The notes under the pieces are model-generated. The model saw nothing but the letters and a program-made list of their open reading frames with translations, searched no databases and had not been told where the DNA came from. Shown here in pieces: positions 56,448-64,000 of a DNA stretch of 64,000 bases. The number at the start of each line of letters is the position of its first letter. Position 1 is the stretch's first letter. The stretch lies in NCBI GenBank assembly GCA_964512095.1, contig CAZEIH010000002.1, positions 104,263 through 168,262 of the forward strand, given 5' to 3'. Source of the stretch: an uncultured Oscillospiraceae bacterium (GTDB lineage Bacteria; Bacillota; Clostridia; Acetivibrionales; DTU013). A program made the position numbers and the translations under genes.

Positions 56448-58388
56448 CTAATCATTTTTTTCAAACTCTTGGACACCTTCCCTATGAGGGAATAGGTCAT
56501 CCATGTGCTTTTTCATATAGCATGCCATATACTGGTTGTTTTTCGCTGCCTCGGAGTAATACCGAATAGCTGTTTTAATATTAGCCTCTTCAATAGAAGC
56601 CATTGCATAATTTAGTGTAACAAAAAATCTATCTTCAGACTCATCAAGGGTGCTATAATACAGCCTAAGTCTTTCCGCCTTATATAACAGATTAACATAG
56701 CTTATTCCTCTTTCAATGTACAATTTGAAAAGTGAGCTGTATTTTTCAGATACTTCTATTTTTGAATTCTTTGTTTCAGCAGCTTCTCTAAATAATAAAA
56801 CAAATAATATACATATTGAAACCCTCAGGCTGTTATAGTCATCCTCTCGTACATTTTCTCCAGCAACATAGTCTTCGAAAAATTCCTTCAGCTCGCCTTT
56901 CATATCTATCATTTTGTTTAAATACTGTTTTATTTTCGCCTTCCCCATTTTTTTAATGGCGGAAATAACAGGCCTGGGCCTTTTATCTACGTCCAGAAAA
57001 AACTCTGCATAGTAGTCAGGCAGCTCATTAAAATCAGTCTCTCTTATCAGTTTATCAATTTGCTGTGGTTTATCCGCATATAAACCAAGCCTGTGTTTGT
57101 TAAGGCTTGAATAAATATCTTTACCTTTTCTAAACTCAGACTCTACCCTTTTCTTATCTGTAGTGCTATAATTGACGATTTGACCTTCTATTGTGCTTAC
57201 TATTTTCCCCTTTAAATCATTATCTGTAGCCTTCTTCTCAATAAGATCAGCCAGGTCTGTAAACCTTTCTAACTTTAGCAGGGCTTTTGCAGCTATTAGC
57301 AAGCCCTTTTCTTTGTCACTTATCTGAATCGCAGTATCATATACCTCATCATATTTCTGACTGCTGTAATACTCATTGGCAATAAAGAATAATGCATTGT
57401 CTAAGAATGTCTGTCCTAAAAAAAACACTTCCACATGTGGGTTTGTGGATATTGACAAAGTATCATAACGACTTGCCAAGTCAATGTACTTTAAATAAGC
57501 CTCCATTGATTCCTGCTTTTTATCTAAATTACTCAAGGATACTGCCATTATATAATATAAGTCAATAAACTCGGGCTGAAGTAGCAGGCCCTCTTTACTT
57601 ACTTTAATTGCCTCGGTGTATTCATTGTTTTGCAAAGAGATCAGAGCATATGCGCCGTATATAAAGATTGCTTGCTTCATGATTTGAGGCTTACCAACAA
57701 TTAATCGATATGCTCTGCGTATTTCCTCCAAGGCCTCTGTCATATCTTCGTGGGTGCTATAAGTTTTGGCGAGCTGGAATCTGTAATAGGGATTATCCGG
57801 GTTCTTTTTAAGCTCTGCTTTCAAAATTCCGCCAGTCCGGATAAACTTTCTTTCTCTTATTTCCTTATTACCGAATAAATATCCATAATGATCAAAATAG
57901 ACATTAGTATTAACTATCGGTGCCTTATATACAGGTTGATTATGTACTGAACCATCATAACGAAAATCTCCATCATTTCGAAATACCCTCTCTTGCTGTA
58001 TAAGGGTAAAGCTTCTATTTGCAGTAAAGTTCTTAATTCTGCAGGTTAAGGTATTTGCATGTTTCCTGTTTTCTGCGATATCTTTATATAGCTGTAATGG
58101 GTCTTGAATGACTTCATCTGCATCAAGTATAAGAATAAACTCCCCTTTTGCATATGAAATTGTGATGTTTCTCATTTCCGAAAAGTGATTTGTCCACTCA
58201 TGAAAGAACAGCTTTTCTGTATATTGGCCAGCGATATTTACAGTATTGTCACTAGATCCTGTATCAACTATTATCAGTTCAACATCTCTTTTTTCTATTA
58301 GTTGGCCTAAAGAATCAAGACATCTTTTGAGGTTCTTTTCTTCATCCTTTACCATCATACAGATGCTTATCAAATATTCATATCCCAT
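56448..58388 (-). CDS. GT2-family glycosyltransferase with C-terminal TPR repeats
   Basis: 646 aa with an N-terminal GT2 module (ISICMMVKDEEKNL..IVDTGSSDNT..ILDADE) followed by TPR-like helical repeats. Confidence 0.8.
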   Translation of the reverse strand: MGYEYLISICMMVKDEEKNLKRCLDSLGQLIEKRDVELIIVDTGSSDNTVNIAGQYTEKLFFHEWTNHFSEMRNITISYAKGEFILILDADEVIQDPLQLYKDIAENRKHANTLTCRIKNFTANRSFTLIQQERVFRNDGDFRYDGSVHNQPVYKAPIVNTNVYFDHYGYLFGNKEIRERKFIRTGGILKAELKKNPDNPYYRFQLAKTYSTHEDMTEALEEIRRAYRLIVGKPQIMKQAIFIYGAYALISLQNNEYTEAIKVSKEGLLLQPEFIDLYYIMAVSLSNLDKKQESMEAYLKYIDLASRYDTLSISTNPHVEVFFLGQTFLDNALFFIANEYYSSQKYDEVYDTAIQISDKEKGLLIAAKALLKLERFTDLADLIEKKATDNDLKGKIVSTIEGQIVNYSTTDKKRVESEFRKGKDIYSSLNKHRLGLYADKPQQIDKLIRETDFNELPDYYAEFFLDVDKRPRPVISAIKKMGKAKIKQYLNKMIDMKGELKEFFEDYVAGENVREDDYNSLRVSICILFVLLFREAAETKNSKIEVSEKYSSLFKLYIERGISYVNLLYKAERLRLYYSTLDESEDRFFVTLNYAMASIEEANIKTAIRYYSEAAKNNQYMACYMKKHMDDLFPHREGVQEFEKND

Positions 58389-58400
58389 TTGGCTCTTCCC

Positions 58401-58733
58401 TTAATGATTATTTAGTAGACTTTCTTTCCAATATCCTAATAAGTCCTTAAGCTCATACTTCAACACATCGGTAAGCAGATGATCATCCGACATTCTCATG
58501 GATTCCTTGATTATTTCCAGCTTTTCCAACAACTCCACAAGGTCTATATTGCTATAAAAACCCTTTATTACATCTATCCCTTCAGAGAGGGCTAATATAT
58601 CATCCAGCAAATCAGTAATTCTAGTAAATTTGTCGCTATCTAACGTATTATCACAGATGGTATCAATCCTGCTAATAATATCTGTTATTAATTCAACAAT
58701 TGTATTCTTTATTTCTCTAAGCTGCTCATCCAT
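58401..58733 (-). CDS. hypothetical acidic helical protein
   Basis: 110 aa, Asp/Glu/Leu/Ile-rich. Lies 12 nt upstream of the GT2-TPR gene and downstream of csrA. Confidence 0.5.
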   Translation of the reverse strand: MDEQLREIKNTIVELITDIISRIDTICDNTLDSDKFTRITDLLDDILALSEGIDVIKGFYSNIDLVELLEKLEIIKESMRMSDDHLLTDVLKYELKDLLGYWKESLLNNH

Positions 58734-58807
58734 ATCAGTTCTCCCTGTTAATATCTATATCTTAATAGGCTTCAGTAAAGTAAAAGCCCTTTGTATCAAA
58801 TTCCGCT

Positions 58808-59032
58808 TTAACCCTTCTTAAGTATATCATTTAAATTAATTCCAGTATTAATAGAGGCTGCCTTTTTATTCTCCTCTGAAATCTGCAGGAATACTTCCTT
58901 CCTGTGTATGGAAATATCTCTCGGAGCGCTAATACCTATACGTACCTGATCCCCCTGCACCTCCAGGATGGTTATCTCAATATTCTCATTTACTATTATG
59001 GACTGATCCTTTTTTCTTGTCAGCACCAGCAT
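58808..59032 (-). CDS. csrA: carbon storage regulator CsrA (flagellar type)
   Basis: 74 aa from ATG 59032: MLVLTRKKDQSIIV..ITILEVQGDQVRIGISAPRDISIHRKEV. The ORF-track start at 59101 is an extension into fliW. Confidence 0.92.
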   Translation of the reverse strand: MLVLTRKKDQSIIVNENIEITILEVQGDQVRIGISAPRDISIHRKEVFLQISEENKKAASINTGINLNDILKKG

Positions 59033-59483
59033 TTTCCCTGTCCTCCCGTCCATGGAGTTCTTCCAGTATATAGTGTCGCACACCGTACATGTCTGTGTCA
59101 AGGACGACCTGTCTGCCCCTGTTTTCCCTAATATTAATGATTAGCGGTGCCTGTAGATTTACTGTCATATTGTTTATATCCTCTGGTACAACAACAATGC
59201 AGTAGATGACAACATCGCTTGGGTCCTTTATATCCAATTCCTTAAGAAGCTCGTCATTTAGTTTAATCTCATAATCTTTCCTGACTGCAAAAGGATCAAT
59301 GATTACAAAAGCGGGTTTGGGCCCATCTAGGCCTTGTAACCACTTAAATGGAGAGCCCTCCTCTTCATTGTCTATCAATATAAATCTATTAACATCTTCA
59401 AAGCCTAACAAGCCTCGTCTAAAACCATAAATATCACTATCCTCGACATTGAGCCGTCCAAAATACTTAGTCTGTAATAGCAT
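58986..59483 (-). CDS. fliW: flagellar assembly factor FliW
   Basis: 165 aa. GFEDVNRFILI....PFKWLQ and VNLQAPLIIN are typical FliW motifs. Overlaps the csrA start by 47 nt. Confidence 0.9.
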   Translation of the reverse strand: MLLQTKYFGRLNVEDSDIYGFRRGLLGFEDVNRFILIDNEEEGSPFKWLQGLDGPKPAFVIIDPFAVRKDYEIKLNDELLKELDIKDPSDVVIYCIVVVPEDINNMTVNLQAPLIINIRENRGRQVVLDTDMYGVRHYILEELHGREDRENAGADKKKGSVHNSK

Positions 59484-59506
59484 TTTCCCATTCCTCCAGT
59501 AAATTA

Positions 59507-60082
59507 TCAGACAAATGCATCAAATCTGCCCTTAGTATATCTAAAACTGATTGAGGGATACTGTGCCATGGAAATTCTGACCTGTGACGGTGAGTAATCC
59601 ATACTGACACCTCCTGGTGTAAATTCACCTTGAACCCCGTTACTTATCCCTTCAGCATTCCTTTGAGCACTAATCTGCACGTCCCCTTCAACAGTTATCC
59701 TAGGCCTTGCCTTAGGCATATAGTCCAGCCCGAATTCATGCTCCGGGTATGCATCTCTCTCCACAATAGACGGCAGCGGGCTGTTGGGATTCTCCAGTGC
59801 CGCCATACTATCTCCATCTCCTGCAACCTTGCTTGCATAGTTCAACGCCTGCTGTATCGCGCTCTGGGCCGCCTGCCTTGTCAAATCCAACGGACCCATA
59901 AGACCTGAGGTAGCAAAGCATTCATACTGATCAATAACCACACGCGGAAGCTCAGTCTGGACATCTACTTTCGCTTCCTTATGACTTAGCTCCAGCTTGG
60001 CCCTTTTTGTATGTATCGATAAATGCGAAGGCGATGTCTCAATATTGAGTCTTGCGGGCACTCTGCTAATTTCCAGTCCCAT
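59507..60082 (-). CDS. YviE-like protein (DUF6470, from memory)
   Basis: 191 aa. Its position between flgL and fliW matches the B. subtilis flgL-yviE-fliW-csrA order. Confidence 0.6.
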   Translation of the reverse strand: MGLEISRVPARLNIETSPSHLSIHTKRAKLELSHKEAKVDVQTELPRVVIDQYECFATSGLMGPLDLTRQAAQSAIQQALNYASKVAGDGDSMAALENPNSPLPSIVERDAYPEHEFGLDYMPKARPRITVEGDVQISAQRNAEGISNGVQGEFTPGGVSMDYSPSQVRISMAQYPSISFRYTKGRFDAFV

Positions 60083-60174
60083 ATAACCACCATCCTTGGT
60101 GAATTATTCAATCCATTACCTTTATGCCACCTACAGCGCTAAAGAAGTGGAATAACTCCATAGCCCATCGACTT

Positions 60175-61089
60175 TTACCTTAAAAAATCAATCAGTGAAG
60201 GCATAATTATCCTTGCACCTCCCGCAAGAGATGCCCTGTACACATTTTCTTCGTTCTTGAGGTTCATAATGGTTTCAGTCATATCTACATTCTCGTTTTC
60301 GCTCATTAACTTTGTAAAATTGGTGTTGTCATTCATCATTCTGTTAGCTGTCAGCTCAAGTCTATTTACACGAGCACCCACATCGGCTCTGACTCTAAGG
60401 ACATTATCCAGATTGTCAGAAAAATTGTGTGCCAAGCTTGTAATTGCACCATAATCAGCATTGGCCAAAGCAGTAATCAATGAGTCCATATCCTGAATAA
60501 ACTTACCTGCACCACCTACATCTCCAGCTCCAATATCGGCTCCGGCATTAAACAGGTCCCCACCTGTCACATTAATATTGATGCTGTCGCCCAGACCAAT
60601 TTCATAGTTTATTTCCTCATTATTACTCACTTCTAATAAGAAATTCCCGTCTGCGTCCAGTAGCTTTTCATCCGTCTTAAAGCCAGTAAAAATGTTCCTT
60701 CCGGCATAAGTTGTATTTCCCAAATTGATAATCTGTGTCTTAAGCTGCCTGATTTCCATCTCTGTTGCCTTCAAATCCTCAGGGCTCTCTATTGCATCGC
60801 TTCCTACCACCAGTTCTTTCACCCTCTGGAATACTTCACCCATATCGTTTAATGCTGATTCAGTGATTTCAAGCCATGACTGAGCGTCTTTCAGATTTCG
60901 TTGGTATTGCTTGATCTCCGCCACATCGGTACGAAGCTTCAATGCTCTTGCCGCCACAACAGGGTCGTCAGATGGGACCTGTATCTTTTTCCCAGAAGCG
61001 AGCTGCGCCTGATACTTGTCCATCCTTGTCAAATTATTACCTATATAATTGACCATATTATTGATAAGCATGTTATTAGTTATTCTCAT
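60175..61089 (-). CDS. flgL: flagellar hook-filament junction protein FlgL
   Basis: Start ATG at 61089 after AGGAGGG: MRITNNMLINNM...YQAQLASGKKI. The ORF-track start at 61173 reads into repeat copy F and is rejected. Confidence 0.9.
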   Translation of the reverse strand: MRITNNMLINNMVNYIGNNLTRMDKYQAQLASGKKIQVPSDDPVVAARALKLRTDVAEIKQYQRNLKDAQSWLEITESALNDMGEVFQRVKELVVGSDAIESPEDLKATEMEIRQLKTQIINLGNTTYAGRNIFTGFKTDEKLLDADGNFLLEVSNNEEINYEIGLGDSININVTGGDLFNAGADIGAGDVGGAGKFIQDMDSLITALANADYGAITSLAHNFSDNLDNVLRVRADVGARVNRLELTANRMMNDNTNFTKLMSENENVDMTETIMNLKNEENVYRASLAGGARIIMPSLIDFLR

Positions 61090-61121
61090 ATCCAAACCCT
61101 CCTGTACGAATAATAAACAGT

Positions 61122-61162
61122 GCTCCACCTGGCTCCCTGAGCGAAGCGAATTGACTGTGACC
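61122..61162 (+). repeat. dispersed intergenic repeat, copy F (right end only)
   Basis: CTCCACCTGGCTCCCTGAGCGAAGCGAATTGACT, located between flgK and flgL. Confidence 0.75.
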
Positions 61163-61208
61163 CTCAGCAGCAACCTTTATGTCTGCAATATCTTATGGTA
61201 CACTAGCG

Positions 61209-62843
61209 TCATACAAACAATCCATTTATAAGCTTGTCATATATCTCACCCATAGTCTGAATCATTTTTGCCGCTGCATTGTAAGCATGCTGGAATTTTA
61301 CCAGGTTGGTCATTTCCTCATCTATTGATACACCTGAGTCTGATAGCCTCCTGTTAATAATCTGATTGATGACGACCCCTTGATTATCAGCATAGTTTCC
61401 AGCCTGCTCCGAATCTATGCCCAATGTTGCAACAAGCGACTTCATAAAATCCTCGGGAGCACCCTCCGAAAACATATCCGCATTCCTTCTGAATCCAAGT
61501 AGCTTATTCAAGACCTCGATATTCCCCGCTTCACCGGATATATCAGAAGTAGCAATCAGGTTATAGTCATCAAGTATATCGGAACTGACGGAGAAATTTT
61601 TAGCTGTTATATTCTCATACAGATCATACACCTGAGCTGGATCATTAGGATCTGCTGCACCGGAGATAAAATCAACGCTAGATGCTGGTAGTTTACTCTC
61701 CCCAGTCATTGTAAAGAATCTTATACCGTCAACATAAGAATTGTAACCAAATCCAGCTGTATGGCCAGTTCCATTTTCGCCAACATCGAATGCCTTATCT
61801 CCGTCAGTGTCTATATATCCCTCATTAAATGCCCGTGCAAAGGTACGAACAAATTCATTCAGCTTCTTCTGATAAAATGGTATTCCTTTATAATTTGGCG
61901 AAACGGCGTTATTATCAGGATTCACAAAGCCCTCATTACCATCTCTCACATCCAAATATCCCCTAAGCTCTCCACCTTTTATGTTCAGTTTGTTGCCGTC
62001 AGCCCATTTTATCTCATACAGATTACCTATATCCTCTTTGTTCACCTTCTTAGCTGCCGGTCTTTGCTCCATAGCCAGCTTACTAACAGCAAAATGGTCA
62101 ACAAGGGCCTTACCGCTAATGGTTATTACGAAATGCCTATCCTCTCTTCCATCTGGTGTATGCCCTGTTACTACTTCATTGGCATCAATATTGATTATTC
62201 TTGACAGCTTATCCACAAGAAGAGTCCTTTGGTCCCTCATATCATTAGCTGTATTTCCATCCAGCTCCGTTATATATATTTGCCTGTTTAGCTGCTGGAT
62301 CTGTGTTGCGTAGGAGTTGACCTCCTCAACCTTCGTCTGTATCCTATAGTTCACGTCCTTCTGCATTTCTTCCAGATGGGAGGCCATACTGTTGAAATAC
62401 TTAGTTAGCGTCACGCCTCTCTGCTTTACAAGGGATCTGACTGCAGCACTGCTAGGATCCTTGGCAAGCTCCTGCATAGAATCAAAAAAGTCGCTCATTA
62501 TCGTAGTAAAGCCACTGTCTGAGGGCTCGTTGAAGGTTACCTCAATATCTGAGAGCACCTCCTTCTTTGCAATCCATTCGCCGTGGGACAGATTCTCGCT
62601 CCAGAACTTGAAATCTAGATACTCATCTCGAATTCTCTTAACACCTATAACATCAGAACCTGTACCCATCATTCCGGTTCCATCTGCCAGTGCCATTGGT
62701 CTGGAGGCAATCTGGACCGCCTGCTGCCTTGAGTAGCCCGGAGTATTTATATTGTTAAGGTTATGGTTTACTGTATCCAGACTGCGTTGAGCTGAAAAAA
62801 GGCCACGCACCGCTACATTTAAACCAAAAAATGATTCAGCCAT
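61209..62843 (-). CDS. flgK: flagellar hook-associated protein FlgK
   Basis: 544 aa with N-terminus FGLNVAVRGLFSAQRSLDTVNHNLNNINTPGYSRQ and C-terminus SGVSIDEEMTNLVKFQHAYNAAAKMI. Confidence 0.9.
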   Translation of the reverse strand: MAESFFGLNVAVRGLFSAQRSLDTVNHNLNNINTPGYSRQQAVQIASRPMALADGTGMMGTGSDVIGVKRIRDEYLDFKFWSENLSHGEWIAKKEVLSDIEVTFNEPSDSGFTTIMSDFFDSMQELAKDPSSAAVRSLVKQRGVTLTKYFNSMASHLEEMQKDVNYRIQTKVEEVNSYATQIQQLNRQIYITELDGNTANDMRDQRTLLVDKLSRIINIDANEVVTGHTPDGREDRHFVITISGKALVDHFAVSKLAMEQRPAAKKVNKEDIGNLYEIKWADGNKLNIKGGELRGYLDVRDGNEGFVNPDNNAVSPNYKGIPFYQKKLNEFVRTFARAFNEGYIDTDGDKAFDVGENGTGHTAGFGYNSYVDGIRFFTMTGESKLPASSVDFISGAADPNDPAQVYDLYENITAKNFSVSSDILDDYNLIATSDISGEAGNIEVLNKLLGFRRNADMFSEGAPEDFMKSLVATLGIDSEQAGNYADNQGVVINQIINRRLSDSGVSIDEEMTNLVKFQHAYNAAAKMIQTMGEIYDKLINGLFV

Positions 62844-62849
62844 TTATTC

Positions 62850-64000
62850 TCACCTACCCGCTATTCCAAGTCTATTAACAATTGTTTCCATCATTGTATC
62901 CATTATATTGAGTACTCTTGAAGCCGCATCGTATGCAAACTTAAATTTCATCATGTTTGACATTTCCTCATCCATAGAGACACCTGTTATTGAAGTCCTC
63001 TGCGCATCAGCCGACTCCACCAGCTTACTCTGGCTTTCTGCGATCCTTGACGAATCGGCGCCATTGTTCCCCATGTTCAGTATTATATCCTGATAATAGT
63101 CATCCACGCTTACAACCCCCGTACTATCCCTGATTATTAACTTATGCCTCAGGTTTGCTATCTCAAGAGCGTTTGAATTATCTCCACTCTCTCCCGTTTT
63201 GGATGCAGCCATATTTGATAGGTCTGACAGGTTGGAGTTTAGCCTTATATTCCCCATTTCCAGTGGTTTACTTGAACTTATCGCCACAAAGAAATCCTCT
63301 CCATAACTTGCCGGATCCTTAATATTCATTCCGCTTCTATGCAGATAATTCACCTCTCTGAGCATAGCATTAACCAAGGCGTTTAGCCTCTGCTTCAGTT
63401 GTGATACTACATTCAAAGACTCTCCAACCAATGAGTAGTTAGATACGACATCCATATTTGTATCAGATGCCATATTTGTTGTAATGGCCTCATATGAGCC
63501 TAAGTCAATGAAATCCGTCAGGCTATATGTACTACCATCTAAAGCACCGGCAAAGCTATCCCATGCAGCAGTATTATCAGTTATTACCGATGTATCCATT
63601 CCTACACTTTCCAATGCATTTCTCAACACATCCATGTCTGCCGGCACTCCATTAGTCAGGAGTATTGCATACTTGTTGGAATTAGCCCTGAAGCCTGTCG
63701 TTGAACCTATTTGATTGGCCAAATCATCAGCATTTGATGCATCTATGACTCTAACATTATAATCCAGACCTCTTTTGTCTAGTTCATTTGTATATGCAGC
63801 AATTTGATCTGCTATTTCATCTGAAGCTGTAGTACTTGTATCTACATAAAAAACCACATCGGCCTTTGTGTTAGGTGTACCGTTCTCATAGCTTCCTATT
63901 GCACCGGAAACATCTCCCCTTGACTCCATAAGTCCCCTTATGATACCGCTGCTTACGGGTACCTCAATACTAGTCCCTGCCAGCTTCGGAACAAAGAAAT
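62850..64000 (-). CDS. second FlgK-like hook-associated protein (5' end outside the window)
   Basis: The frame stays open to the window edge. The C-terminus TGVSMDEEMSNMMKFKFAYDAASRVL is the FlgK signature. Contains an alpha/beta-looking insert (VVFYVDTSTT...AILLTNGVP). Confidence 0.8.
   Translation of the reverse strand, partial: FFVPKLAGTSIEVPVSSGIIRGLMESRGDVSGAIGSYENGTPNTKADVVFYVDTSTTASDEIADQIAAYTNELDKRGLDYNVRVIDASNADDLANQIGSTTGFRANSNKYAILLTNGVPADMDVLRNALESVGMDTSVITDNTAAWDSFAGALDGSTYSLTDFIDLGSYEAITTNMASDTNMDVVSNYSLVGESLNVVSQLKQRLNALVNAMLREVNYLHRSGMNIKDPASYGEDFFVAISSSKPLEMGNIRLNSNLSDLSNMAASKTGESGDNSNALEIANLRHKLIIRDSTGVVSVDDYYQDIILNMGNNGADSSRIAESQSKLVESADAQRTSITGVSMDEEMSNMMKFKFAYDAASRVLNIMDTMMETIVNRLGIAGR

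Noticed and set aside
61090-61173. N-terminal extension of the flgL ORF call (MLLRVTVNSLRSGSQVEH...)
   Set aside because: The extension reads through repeat copy F. A canonical FlgL N-terminus (MRITNNM) with AGGAGGG begins at 61089.
1-64000. Mobile genetic element, prophage or defence island
   Set aside because: No integrase, transposase, recombinase, restriction-modification, toxin-antitoxin or phage structural genes were recognised in any frame. The accessory-looking content is pilus and flagellar-glycan related.

Overview
This is a chromosomal segment from a low-GC Firmicute, probably class Clostridia. The taxon is inferred only from gene content, synteny and SD/codon style. About 64 genes are present and almost all lie on the minus strand.

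Gene content in window order:
(1) A conserved housekeeping block: ferredoxin, ricT/yaaT, holB, yaaR, darA, tmk, Orn/Lys/Arg decarboxylase, coaX, birA.
(2) An Fe-alcohol dehydrogenase and a zinc-ribbon protein.
(3) A complete cyanophycin cluster: iadA, small membrane protein, cphB, cphA.
(4) A LexA-like repressor that lacks the protease dyad.
(5) An oppBCDF-A peptide ABC transporter.
(6) leuCDB.
(7) An AraC regulator and a PC4/YdbC-like protein.
(8) A Gram-positive Tad/Flp-like pilus operon. Its first gene fuses a Hanks Ser/Thr kinase to a degenerate TadZ/ParA-like domain.
(9) A radical-SAM protein and an alpha/beta hydrolase.
(10) A large late-flagellar region: flgK paralog, flgK, flgL, yviE-like, fliW, csrA, fliC, flaG, fliD, fliS, flgN-like. 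A flagellin-glycosylation-type island interrupts it, carrying two TPR-glycosyltransferases, a CDP-branched/methylated 6-deoxyhexose pathway and a WbpABDE-like UDP-diacetamido-uronic acid pathway.

Not explained by genes: a dispersed ~95-120 bp hairpin-containing intergenic repeat family with six full or partial copies, short tandem repeats in the opp-leu spacer, sigma-28-type promoters, and CsrA-type sites in the flagellin leader.

No rRNA, tRNA, CRISPR array, transposase or integrase was recognised. All homology statements come from reading the translations and from remembered family motifs. No database search was run.
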